The notes under the pieces were generated by a model. It did not search any database. It saw only the letters and a program-made list of their open reading frames with translations, and was not told where the DNA came from. Of a stretch of 64,000 nucleotides of DNA, positions 1 through 8,667 are shown in pieces. Source of the DNA: Elusimicrobia bacterium HGW-Elusimicrobia-3 (GTDB lineage Bacteria; Elusimicrobiota; Elusimicrobia; Elusimicrobiales; UBA9959); the NCBI GenBank assembly GCA_002840355.1, contig PHAL01000003.1, positions 7,808-71,807 of the forward strand, given 5' to 3'. The position numbers were made by a program, and so were the translations under genes. The first letter of the stretch is position 1. Each line of letters opens with the position of its first letter.

Positions 1-1141
1 AGAGAACCGGCTTAAGCTCCTTGTGAACTTCGGCGGCGTCGTGTCCAAGGAGACTAACCTGGGAAAACTGCTCGAGCTGATAGCCGAGCAGGTGAAGGCC
101 ATTTTGGGCTGCGACCGCTGCAGCGTCTTCATCCTGGACCGCCAGACCAACGAGCTGTGGGCCAAGGTCGCGCTGGGCATGCAGCGCACCGAGATCCGCG
201 TCCCCTACGGCAAAGGCATAGTGGGCCACGTGGCCACCTCCGGCCAGACGCTCAATATCCAGGACGCCTACCAGGACAACCGCTTTACCCACGAGATCGA
301 CCGCCTGACCGGCTACCGCACGCGCAGCATCCTGGCCGTGCCGCTCAAGAACGTGGGCGGGCACATCATCGGCGTGTTCGAGGCCATGAACAAGGGCGGC
401 ATGCCGTTCAACGTGGACGACGAGGGCATACTGCAGCTCATCAGCTCGCTGGCGGCCTCGGGCATCGAGAACGCGCAGCTCTACGAGAGCCTCTCCAAAT
501 CCCAGCTCGAAACCATCTACCGCCTGGCCGTCACGGCCGAATACCGCGACCAGCAGGACACCGCCGTGCACCTGCGCCACATCAGCGAGTACTCGGCGCT
601 GATAGCCCAGGGCCTGGGCCTGCCCGAGCGCGAGGCCGAGAACCTGCGCTACGCCAGCCCCCTGCACGATATCGGCAAGGTGGGCATCGCCGACGCCATC
701 CTCCTCAAGCCCGGCAAGCTGACCCCCGAAGAGTTCGAGGAGATGAAGAAGCACACCGTCTACGGCGCCAAGATCCTGTCCAACGCCGAGAGCAATCTGC
801 TGCAGATAGCCTGCAAGGTGGCCGGCTCGCACCATGAGAAGTTCGACGGCACCGGCTACCCCGCCGGCCTCAAGGCCGAGCAGATCCCGATCTACGCCCG
901 CATCGTCTCGGTGGCCGACGTATTCGACGCGCTGTGCGCGCAGCGGGTGTACAAGCCCAAGTGGGACCCGGAGAAGGCCCGCGAGTACATCATGGAAGAG
1001 AAGGGCAAGGCCTTCGACCCGGCCGTGGTGGAAGCCTTCGACAGGGTCTTCGTGGACATACTGAAGATGCACGCCATGAGCGACGGCAAGACCACGATCA
1101 TCCCCGGCATCACCAAAGAACTGCACCGCCACAGCTACTAG
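1..1141 (+). CDS. GAF domain / HD-GYP domain signalling protein (c-di-GMP phosphodiesterase type); 5' end probably cut by window edge
   Basis: ORF 23..1141 (GTG). The frame stays open back to nt 2, so the true start may lie upstream of the window. N-terminal half is GAF-like. HD-GYP motifs 'PLHDIGKVG' and 'HHEKFDGTGYP' are present. Followed by a hairpin terminator. Confidence 0.85.
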   Translation, partial: ENRLKLLVNFGGVVSKETNLGKLLELIAEQVKAILGCDRCSVFILDRQTNELWAKVALGMQRTEIRVPYGKGIVGHVATSGQTLNIQDAYQDNRFTHEIDRLTGYRTRSILAVPLKNVGGHIIGVFEAMNKGGMPFNVDDEGILQLISSLAASGIENAQLYESLSKSQLETIYRLAVTAEYRDQQDTAVHLRHISEYSALIAQGLGLPEREAENLRYASPLHDIGKVGIADAILLKPGKLTPEEFEEMKKHTVYGAKILSNAESNLLQIACKVAGSHHEKFDGTGYPAGLKAEQIPIYARIVSVADVFDALCAQRVYKPKWDPEKAREYIMEEKGKAFDPAVVEAFDRVFVDILKMHAMSDGKTTIIPGITKELHRHSY

Positions 1142-1160
1142 GCCGCCGGCGGCGCGCTGG

Positions 1161-1192
1161 AAAAGGGCCTGAAACTTTCAGGCCCTTTTTTG
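1161..1192 (+). terminator. Rho-independent terminator after the GAF/HD-GYP gene
   Basis: Stem gggcctga (1165-1172) pairs with tcaggccc (1178-1185), 5-nt loop, followed by tttttt (1186-1191). Confidence 0.7.
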
Positions 1193-1228
1193 CATCTAAC
1201 TTTCAGAACGTTTCAAAAGGAGTCTACC

Positions 1229-1618
1229 ATGAGCGACATGCAAATCACTTTCCCCGGCGGCAAAAAGGTGGCGGCCCAGTGGCACGGTTTCGAGATCATG
1301 ACCGACCAGCCCGCGCCCGTGGGCGAGGGATCGGCCCCCACGCCTTTCGACCTGTTCCTGGCCTCGCTGGGCACCTGCGCCGGCATCTTCGCGCTGGGCT
1401 TCATACAGAGCCGCGGCCTGAGCGCCGAGGGCCTGGGCATAGCCGTGAGCTTCGAGCGGGACGAAGCCACCCACCTGCTCTCCAGGACCGTAATGAAGAT
1501 CACCCCGCCCAAGGATTTCCCCGCCAAGTACCTGCCGGCCCTCGTCAAAGCCGCCGAGCAGTGCCTGGTCAAGCGCACGATGGACAATCCCCCCAAGTTC
1601 GAGATCACCGCCGGGTAG
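1229..1618 (+). CDS. OsmC/Ohr family protein
   Basis: ATG 1229 is preceded by AAAAGGAG (1216-1223). 129 aa with an OsmC-fold-like pattern ('PFDLFLASLGTCAGIF'). The ORF-track start at 1190 is judged an upstream extension. Confidence 0.75.
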   Translation: MSDMQITFPGGKKVAAQWHGFEIMTDQPAPVGEGSAPTPFDLFLASLGTCAGIFALGFIQSRGLSAEGLGIAVSFERDEATHLLSRTVMKITPPKDFPAKYLPALVKAAEQCLVKRTMDNPPKFEITAG

Positions 1619-1701
1619 CACCGGGCGCGGGCGGACTTGCCGCTCGCTCATAGAGCGGGCGCGTCCGAAGAGGGCCTGCGGTCCTCCGCCGGCCGCGCCC
1701 A

Positions 1702-1847
1702 ACCGCGAGAAGCACAGTCGGGCCTGCCGAGTGGCTGGGCCCGTCAGGCACGGGGTCTCGCACACCGTGCTCGCCCCTCCTCACTCGGCCTCGGCGCTAC
1801 GCAAGCCTCAGCCTCCGTGAGGGCCTTCCGAACCCATCCCCTCGTCA
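1702..1847 (+). repeat. Intergenic repeat element, copy L (left arm of an inverted pair)
   Basis: Shares blocks accgcgaga[a/t]gc.cagtcggg, cacaccgtg and tcggcgct(t)acgcaagcctc with 1922..2063 (reverse complement) and 32931..33080. Confidence 0.7.
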
Positions 1848-1921
1848 GTCCCTCCAGAGCGCTACACTATCCACTTTGCAAAGGCGCAAGGTTGTTCTCA
1901 GTGTTTTAGTTAGGAAGGGGC

Positions 1922-2063
1922 GACGAGGATATGCCTTCGCAGGGGCCTCGCGGAGGTGAGGCTTGCGTAAGCGCCGAACCGAAGCGAAAGAGCCGGGCCA
2001 CGGTGTGGCCCGGCGTACCCGGAGAAGGCGTATCCTTGGCGCCCCGACTGCGCTTCTCGCGGT
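1922..2063 (-). repeat. Intergenic repeat element, copy R (inverted relative to copy L)
   Basis: The reverse complement aligns block-for-block with copy L. Contains a 10-bp hairpin gccgggccac-ggt-gtggcccggc (1992-2014). Ends 4 nt from the stop codon of the WecA-like gene. Confidence 0.7.
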
Positions 2064-2067
2064 GACT

Positions 2068-3105
2068 CTATATCTTGATTTTGGCGATGACGATGCCGAC
2101 GAGGAGGAACTCGATGGCGAGGGCGAGGACTATGACCACGCCCCAGGCCAGCGGCACCTGCGTGATGAGCCAGGCGAACATGGCCAGGCCCAGCGTGCAC
2201 AGGGAGGCCAGGCCCACGATGCGCCGCCGGGAGAAGCCGATCTTCTCGAGCCGCAGCGCGAAGTGGTCCTTGCTGCCGATGAACGGCGAGTGGCCGCGGC
2301 GCAGCCGCAGGAAAGAGACGAAGAAGGTGTCGTAGATCGGGATGGCCAGGATGAACAGCGGGGCGTAGACGCCCAGCGGGTTCACGTCGGTGTAGCGCGT
2401 GCCCAGCGCCACCACCGCCAGCACGAAGCCGCACAACAGGCTGCCCGAGTCGCCCATGAAGATCTTGAAGCGCTTGGAGAGGTTATAAGGCAGGAAGCCC
2501 GCCGCCGCGCCGGCCAGCGCCGCCGAGGCGAAGTTGACGTAGATGGATTCCGACGGAAAAGCGATCAGCAGGAAGCCGAAGGCCGCCAGCGCCGCCTGTC
2601 CCGCCGACAGCCCGTCCATGATGTCGATGATGTTGAAAGCGTTGCTCACTCCCACTATCCAGATCACGCTCAGGATGAAGCCCAGGTAGTCGGGGTGTAT
2701 GAAGTGTATACGGATGCCGTAGTAGGCCACATAGATGGCCACCAGGAACTGCACCGCGAACTTCACCTTCACGCCCAGGCCGTGCGGCTTGCGCAGGTCG
2801 TCTATGAGGCCCAGCAGGAACATCACCGCGCCGCCGGCCAGTATTACGCGCAGGTCGCGCAGCGTGCCGGTGGGGAAAGAGGTATAGAAGCGCATGAACA
2901 AGAGCGAGGCGGAGAAAGCCAGGAAGATGGCCGTGCCTCCCAGCAGCGGCGTCGGTATCTTGTGCGTCTTGATGTCCGTGGGCTTGTCCAGGTGGCCGAA
3001 GCGCAGGGCCAGGGCGCGCAGCAGCGGGGTCAGCGCCAGCGACAGCAGCAGCGGCAGCGCGAAGGCTATCAGGTAGAGCCGGAAATTGTCCAGCAGGTCA
3101 TTCAT
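2068..3105 (-). CDS. Polyprenyl-phosphate HexNAc-1-phosphate transferase (MraY/WecA family, GT4 membrane enzyme)
   Basis: 345-aa polytopic membrane protein with family motifs 'NAFNIIDIMDGL' and 'FMGDSGSL'. Last gene of a 3-gene minus-strand operon. Confidence 0.85.
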   Translation of the reverse strand: MNDLLDNFRLYLIAFALPLLLSLALTPLLRALALRFGHLDKPTDIKTHKIPTPLLGGTAIFLAFSASLLFMRFYTSFPTGTLRDLRVILAGGAVMFLLGLIDDLRKPHGLGVKVKFAVQFLVAIYVAYYGIRIHFIHPDYLGFILSVIWIVGVSNAFNIIDIMDGLSAGQAALAAFGFLLIAFPSESIYVNFASAALAGAAAGFLPYNLSKRFKIFMGDSGSLLCGFVLAVVALGTRYTDVNPLGVYAPLFILAIPIYDTFFVSFLRLRRGHSPFIGSKDHFALRLEKIGFSRRRIVGLASLCTLGLAMFAWLITQVPLAWGVVIVLALAIEFLLVGIVIAKIKI

Positions 3106-3967
3106 ATTGTTTCATTATGCCGGCGATCTTGCGCAGGCTCTCGGCTGCCGGCGGCAGGCGGCGGTCCAGCGCGGCGGCCAGCTTGTCCGTCTTCAGGCCG
3201 GCGCGGAGCGGGCGCGGGGCGGCCTGGCCCAGCGCGGCGGTCTCCACCGGGGAGACGAAGGCCGGGTCGAAGCCGAAAGCGGCGCAGGCCTGCAGCGCGA
3301 ACTCGTAGCGGTTAAGCCAGTCGGGACCGACCACATTGTAGACCCCCGACTCGCCTTTGGCCGCCAGGTCCAGCACCGCCGCAGCCAGCTCCGGGGCGTA
3401 GGTGGGGTTGGAGTACTGGTCAGAGGGCACGCGCATCGGGAGGCCGGCGCGGTGGTTGTTTATCAGCTGCATGACGAAATTCATGGAATCCTGGTCGTGG
3501 CTGTAGACCACGGTGGTGCGCGCGGCCAGGGCGCCGGGCAGGGCCAGGCAGGCCCGCTCGCCCTCGAGCTTGCTGCGCCCGTAGGCGCTCAGCGGGTTCA
3601 CAGGGTCTTCCTCGCCGTAGGGGCCGGCCGCCCCGTCGAAGACGTACTCGGTGGAAAAATAGACCAGCTTGGAGCCGTACTTGCGGCATTCCTCGGCCAC
3701 CGCGGCGGGGCCGGCGGCGTTCACCAGGGCCGCCCGCTCGGGGTTGCGCTCGCACTCGTCCACGGCCGTCATGGCCGAGGCCAGCAGCACCAGGTCCGGC
3801 CTGGCTTTCTCGAAAACGGGAGCGATGGTGGCGGGTTCGGCCAGGTCCAGGAAGAGGTACCCCTGGCCGCGGCGGGAGGTGCCGTATACCTCTATGCGGC
3901 GGCGCACGCAGGCCGACGAAAGGGCCCCGCCCACCTGCCCGGAAGCTCCTATGATCAGCGCGCGCAT
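3098..3967 (-). CDS. RmlD-like NAD(P)-dependent sugar-nucleotide reductase (dTDP-4-dehydrorhamnose reductase family)
   Basis: 'IIGASGQVG' Rossmann motif, plus 'STEYVFDG' and 'YGRSKLEGE' typical of the RmlD substrate-binding family. Overlaps the downstream gene by 8 nt. Confidence 0.8.
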   Translation of the reverse strand: MRALIIGASGQVGGALSSACVRRRIEVYGTSRRGQGYLFLDLAEPATIAPVFEKARPDLVLLASAMTAVDECERNPERAALVNAAGPAAVAEECRKYGSKLVYFSTEYVFDGAAGPYGEEDPVNPLSAYGRSKLEGERACLALPGALAARTTVVYSHDQDSMNFVMQLINNHRAGLPMRVPSDQYSNPTYAPELAAAVLDLAAKGESGVYNVVGPDWLNRYEFALQACAAFGFDPAFVSPVETAALGQAAPRPLRAGLKTDKLAAALDRRLPPAAESLRKIAGIMKQYE

Positions 3968-4680
3968 CAGGCGAAATCCGAGCGCCGCAGCAAGAGCCTG
4001 AGCGCTAATATTTTAAGCACGCCTTTGACGGCGTCCTTGTAGTTTATCTTCTTGCCCTCGCTCCTGGAGCGGGAGGAGTAGACTATCGGCACTTCCTCGA
4101 AGCGCAGGCCCAGGAAGGCGGTCTTGCAGGCCAGCTCGGCCTCTATCTCGAAGCCGTTCGAGGTCAGCCGCATCGCGCGCAGCAACGAGGTCTTGTAGGC
4201 CTTGTAGCAGGTATAAGAATCGGTCATCGGCACGCCGAACAGCGTGGAAACCAGGAAAGTAAGAAATTTGTTGCCGGCCAGGTAGAGCTGGCTGTAAGTT
4301 TCGGCATTACCCGAGAGCATGCGCGAGCCGAAAACGGCGTCGGCGCGGCCCTCGGCGATGGGGCGCACCACGCCGGGGATCTGCGCCGGGTCGTACTCGA
4401 GGTCCGCGTCCTGCACTATGACGATCTCCCCGGCGGCCGCGTTGAAGCCGGTGATCAGGGCGCCGCCTTTGCCCTTGTTGGCCTCGTGCTTGATCAGCCT
4501 GAGCTCGTAGGGGAATTCCCCCGCCGCGACGGACCGCTCCACCCATTCGCGGGTACCGTCGCAGGAGCCGTCGTCCACCACGAGAACCTCCTTGTCGAGG
4601 CGCACCCCCCCTATGGCCTTCAGCACGGCGGGCAGGGTGCGCATCTCGTTATACGAGGGAATAACTATGGTGGTCCTCAT
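3967..4680 (-). CDS. Family 2 glycosyltransferase (polyprenyl-phosphate glycosyl synthase-like)
   Basis: 'IVIPSYNE', 'VVDDGSCDGT' and 'QDADLEYDP' (GT-A DxD). The stop shares 1 nt with the RmlD-like start (TGATG). Confidence 0.85.
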   Translation of the reverse strand: MRTTIVIPSYNEMRTLPAVLKAIGGVRLDKEVLVVDDGSCDGTREWVERSVAAGEFPYELRLIKHEANKGKGGALITGFNAAAGEIVIVQDADLEYDPAQIPGVVRPIAEGRADAVFGSRMLSGNAETYSQLYLAGNKFLTFLVSTLFGVPMTDSYTCYKAYKTSLLRAMRLTSNGFEIEAELACKTAFLGLRFEEVPIVYSSRSRSEGKKINYKDAVKGVLKILALRLLLRRSDFA

Positions 4681-4755
4681 CGGTTGAAATTATAACAAAG
4701 AGGCGGCGCGCTGTGACAGCGGCCCCGCTGGTGGCCTTGGGCGGCTTTTGTTTAA

Positions 4756-4761
4756 TATAAT
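4756..4761 (+). promoter_or_regulatory. Candidate -10 box (TATAAT) for the DegT operon
   Basis: tataat sits in an AT-rich patch 33 nt upstream of ATG 4795. GGAGG Shine-Dalgarno at 4784-4788. Confidence 0.35.
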
Positions 4762-4794
4762 AGTTATGATAAAGCGCTCATACGGAGGACTACA

Positions 4795-5916
4795 ATGAAA
4801 GTACCCATGGTAGACATGCTGGCCGGCTACGCCCCCATAAAGGACGAGATCGAAGCCGCGGTAAAGACTGTATTCAACAAAGCCAATTTCATACTCGGCG
4901 AAGAAGTGACCAGGTTCGAGAAGGAATTCGCCGCCCATAACGGCACCAAGTACGCCGTCGGCGTGGCCAACGGCACCGACGCCATCCGCATGGCGCTCAT
5001 CGCCAGCGGCGTCAAGAAGGGCGACGAGGTCATCACCTCCCCCTTCACCTTCATCGCCACCTCCGAGACCATCTCCCAGGTGGGCGCCATCCCGGTGTTC
5101 GCCGACATCGACCCCGTCACCTTCAACCTCGACCCCAAGTCGGTCGAGCAGAAGATCACCGCGAAAACGAAGGCCATCGTCCCGGTGCACCTCTACGGCC
5201 TGCCCTGCGACATGGACGCCATCATGGCCCTCGCGGCCAAGCATAACCTGCTCGTCATCGAGGACACCGCGCAGGCCTTCACCGCCAAGTACAACCTGGG
5301 CGGCAAGGAGTGGAAGTACTGCGGCTCCATAGGCCATTGCGGCACCTACAGTTTCTTCCCGGCCAAGAACCTGGGCGCCTTCGGCGACGGCGGCGCTGTG
5401 ACCACCAACGACGACAAGATCTACGAGACCTTGAAGCAACTGCGCAACCACGGCAGCAAGGTGCGCTACCACCACGAAATGGAAGGCTTCAACAGCCGCC
5501 TCGACACGGTGCAGGCCGCCATCCTCTCCATCCGCCTGCGGCACGTGGAAAAATGGACCGAGATGCGCAACGCCGTGGCCGCCAAATACGCCGAGGCCCT
5601 GCAGGGCGTCTGCGTGACCCCGGTAGTGCCGGAGAACGCCCGCCACTCGTTCAACTATTACACCCTGCGCTTCGACAGCAAGGCCAAGCGCGACAACGCG
5701 CAGAAGTACCTGACCGAGCAGCAGATCGCCAACCAGATCTACTACCCGATAGCGCTGCACCTGCAGGAAGCGTACGCGCACCTCGGCGGCAAGCGGGGCG
5801 ACCTGCCCGTCTGCGACGCGGTGATGGACACCGTCTTCTCCCTGCCGATGTACCCGGAGCTTTCCGACGAGCAGATAAAGACCGTGACCGACGCCGTTAA
5901 AGCCTCGCTGAAGTAA
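4795..5916 (+). CDS. DegT/DnrJ/EryC1/StrS family PLP-dependent sugar aminotransferase
   Basis: 373 aa with 'GTDAIRMAL' and 'SFFPAKNLGAFGDGGAV' (PLP-lysine region) typical of the family. Confidence 0.9.
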   Translation: MKVPMVDMLAGYAPIKDEIEAAVKTVFNKANFILGEEVTRFEKEFAAHNGTKYAVGVANGTDAIRMALIASGVKKGDEVITSPFTFIATSETISQVGAIPVFADIDPVTFNLDPKSVEQKITAKTKAIVPVHLYGLPCDMDAIMALAAKHNLLVIEDTAQAFTAKYNLGGKEWKYCGSIGHCGTYSFFPAKNLGAFGDGGAVTTNDDKIYETLKQLRNHGSKVRYHHEMEGFNSRLDTVQAAILSIRLRHVEKWTEMRNAVAAKYAEALQGVCVTPVVPENARHSFNYYTLRFDSKAKRDNAQKYLTEQQIANQIYYPIALHLQEAYAHLGGKRGDLPVCDAVMDTVFSLPMYPELSDEQIKTVTDAVKASLK

Positions 5917-5995
5917 ACAGAACCGCACCCCCGCCCCGGAGCCGGGGCGGGGGTTGCGGCTACCCGCCCGCCAGGGCGGCGCTACAGGGGGACCC

Positions 5996-6940
5996 TTGCC
6001 TAAAACTCTTTCGGTCGTCATCCCGGTCTACAACGACTGGGACTCCGTAAACATTCTCGCCGGCCGCATAGCTCAGGCACTGAAGGCTGAAGACTTGCAA
6101 ACCCGGCTGCTCGTCGTGGACGACGGCTCCGACACGCCGGCCCCGGCCGGTTTGACGGAAACCAGCGGCACGGTCTCCGTCTCGGTGCTGAGGCTCAAGC
6201 GCAACCTGGGCCACCAGCGCGCCATCAGCGTGGCGCTGGCCTACCTCGACGACCAGGTGAAGCCCGACTACACGGCGGTCATCGACGGCGACGGCGAGGA
6301 CGACCCCGCCGACCTGCCGAAACTCCTGAAAGTCGCGGCCTGTTTCCCCGGCCCCGGCGCGGCCTTCGCCGAGCGCGGCAAGCGAGCCGAAGGTCTGTTG
6401 TTCCGCTTTTTCTACCTGGCCTACATATTACTGCACCGGTTGCTCACCGGGCACAAAATCCGCTTCGGCAACTACAGCGTTATCAACTCCGGGGCCCTGG
6501 CCGCGCTGGCCGTAGCCCAGGAAACCTGGAGCCACTACGCCGCCGCGGCCGTGAAACTGCGCGTGCCCATACGCACGGTCCCCAGCGCGCGCCTCGGGCG
6601 CATCAGTGGCAGCTCCAAGATGAACTTCTTCTCGCTGGTAGCGCACGGGCTGGGCGCGATGTCGGTTTTTGGGGACGTGATAGGGCCGAGGGTGCTTATC
6701 ACCATCTCTTTCCTGATGTCGCTGGTACTGGTATTGATAGCCGCGGTGCTGGCGATAAAATTCGGCACGAATCTCGCGATCCCCGGCTGGGCTACGTACA
6801 CGGTGGGGCTGCTAGCCACGTCCCTGCTGCAACTGGGCATGATGGCGGTGGTCTTCGCTTTCCTCACGCTGGCCAGCAGGCAGAATTCATCCTTTCTGCC
6901 GCTGCGCGACTATAAGCACTTCATCCGCAAACTTCCCTGA
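5996..6940 (+). CDS. Family 2 glycosyltransferase with C-terminal TM helices (ArnC/GtrB-like polyprenyl-phosphate glycosyltransferase)
   Basis: 'LSVVIPVYND', 'VVDDGS', 'DGDGEDDP', then two C-terminal hydrophobic helices. Start uncertain: TTG 5996 has AGGGGG 5 nt upstream, while the ORF track gives TTG 5954. Confidence 0.8.
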   Translation: MPKTLSVVIPVYNDWDSVNILAGRIAQALKAEDLQTRLLVVDDGSDTPAPAGLTETSGTVSVSVLRLKRNLGHQRAISVALAYLDDQVKPDYTAVIDGDGEDDPADLPKLLKVAACFPGPGAAFAERGKRAEGLLFRFFYLAYILLHRLLTGHKIRFGNYSVINSGALAALAVAQETWSHYAAAAVKLRVPIRTVPSARLGRISGSSKMNFFSLVAHGLGAMSVFGDVIGPRVLITISFLMSLVLVLIAAVLAIKFGTNLAIPGWATYTVGLLATSLLQLGMMAVVFAFLTLASRQNSSFLPLRDYKHFIRKLP

Positions 6941-6974
6941 GCTCGAGCCCTGTCTCCGGTGAGACTTCAGGAGT

Positions 6975-8552
6975 TCAGCGTCCCCTGCGCCGGTACACCG
7001 TCGTATCTGGATTCATCATGCTTGCAGACAAATAATGCGGCCCATCCGGCAGGATAAAAAATGAAGACCGCGGCCTCTTAAATTCAGCCGCTTTTTCGAA
7101 GCCGGCGGCAAGGCTTTCCGGGATCCAGCTCAGAGTTGCGTCTCCGGCTATTACATTCGTCTCGAATTCGCTTAAAACCACATAATCGCAATCCTCTGCG
7201 GTCCGCACCAGCTCCTTTATGCTATCCGAAAGCAGCGCCTCCGGCCCGGTGGAGGCGCGCAGCCGGAGCCCCGGCTCATAGCGCCGGAGCACACGGGGCG
7301 TCCAGACATCCACTTTAGACACGCAGACCAGGCTGTCGGCTGGCACCTCCTTCTCCAGCCAGGCGCTGGCCGCGGCTTTGGTATTAGAGTCGGACCAGAG
7401 GTACTTCTGGTAAACCGAGTAGGCGGCCGTATACAGGAAGACAGCGGCCGCCAAGGCCACCAACAGCGGTTTCCCCGACATCTTCTTCTCTATGAAATAA
7501 CCGCAGCTGAGCGCGAAGAAAGGCATCAGCGGCAGACTATAAGTGAAGGTTACATCCGCAGTGCAGCCGAATTTGAGCAGGTAGACCGCCACGAAGGCCG
7601 CGGCGATCCTGAGTTCCGGCCGGCCGAAGAAGAACGCGTAACCGGCGGAAAACAGCCCCAGGGCGGCGGCGGGCCAGCCGAGTGAGGCCGGCAGCACCTG
7701 AGTTAAATATTTCAGGTAAGCGTTGAACACATCCGGGGCGGAGTTCGTTTTCACGAACATATCTTTCATATAAACCAGCGTGTCGGCGTTCCTGAGGATG
7801 AAATACGGATTCATTATCAGAAAAACCGCGATGAAGGCCAAGCCATATAAGGTCAGGCGGGCCAGCCACTTCCCCGGAGCCCGCTCTGTCGCCGCGCGGT
7901 ATGCCGCAGCCGCGACGTAATGGAACCCGAACACAAGGCCGGTATACTTGCTGACGAAGGACAGCCCGTTGAAAGCGCCGGCCAACAGTTGAGTCTTCAG
8001 TCCTCCTTCCCCCCGCACGGCTTTGAAGGTGAAGTACAGGGAGCAAAGGCCGAAGAACAGCATGATGGAATCAGGCTTAACCAGCAAAGCCATATGGATT
8101 TCCACATAGGCCAGCGCCAGGAACAACGGCGGGATCAGCGCGAAATAACCGGAAAGCAGGCCGGCCGAGATATAGTACAGCAGGACTATGGACAGGCAAC
8201 TGAAGATCACAGTGATAAGGCGGCCAGAAACGTACATCCTGTCGGCCATTTCAAGATTTTGCCTGAGGTAAGCCTTATCCCCCGGAGTAAACAGTCCGGC
8301 GGCCTGCATCCCTTTCAGCACCGCGCCCTGCAGATAAACCTGGAAGGTGCCCCAGTACAGCGCTTCGGAAGCGAAGAAGTTAAACTTTGCCGGTTCCATC
8401 CGGCCCAGGGCGCCGAAAGTAATGTACTCGTCGAAATGATGGGTTGAAAGGCGGCCGGTATCCGTAGGCAGCCCGGAGAACAGTCCCTTCAGTCTTAGCG
8501 GCAGGGCTAGCGCGAGCACTATCAGCAGAAGCAGCAAAGTTTTCTTGGTCAT
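6975..8552 (-). CDS. GT-C fold membrane glycosyltransferase (ArnT/PMT-like, family 39/83 type)
   Basis: About 525-aa multi-pass membrane protein with a soluble C-terminal domain. ATG 8552 ('MTKKTLLLLLIV') is chosen over the longer ORF-track start. GC content is visibly lower than in neighbouring genes. Confidence 0.7.
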   Translation of the reverse strand: MTKKTLLLLLIVLALALPLRLKGLFSGLPTDTGRLSTHHFDEYITFGALGRMEPAKFNFFASEALYWGTFQVYLQGAVLKGMQAAGLFTPGDKAYLRQNLEMADRMYVSGRLITVIFSCLSIVLLYYISAGLLSGYFALIPPLFLALAYVEIHMALLVKPDSIMLFFGLCSLYFTFKAVRGEGGLKTQLLAGAFNGLSFVSKYTGLVFGFHYVAAAAYRAATERAPGKWLARLTLYGLAFIAVFLIMNPYFILRNADTLVYMKDMFVKTNSAPDVFNAYLKYLTQVLPASLGWPAAALGLFSAGYAFFFGRPELRIAAAFVAVYLLKFGCTADVTFTYSLPLMPFFALSCGYFIEKKMSGKPLLVALAAAVFLYTAAYSVYQKYLWSDSNTKAAASAWLEKEVPADSLVCVSKVDVWTPRVLRRYEPGLRLRASTGPEALLSDSIKELVRTAEDCDYVVLSEFETNVIAGDATLSWIPESLAAGFEKAAEFKRPRSSFFILPDGPHYLSASMMNPDTTVYRRRGR

Positions 8553-8667
8553 ATGGCGGCATCGCCTGTCTGGAGGCGTAGCAGACATTCTGCCATTTTT
8601 TTCAGCGCGGCGACACCGGCGCCGCCCCGGCAGCGGGAGCGGATCTAAACTTTTTTTGTTATCATTT

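Noticed and set aside
1637-2434. Small ORFs 1637-1909 (+) and 1910-2434 (-) in the osmC/WecA-like gap
   Set aside because: They run through the inverted intergenic repeat pair. The translations are low-complexity, with no start context and no homology recognised, so a non-coding repeat is the better explanation.
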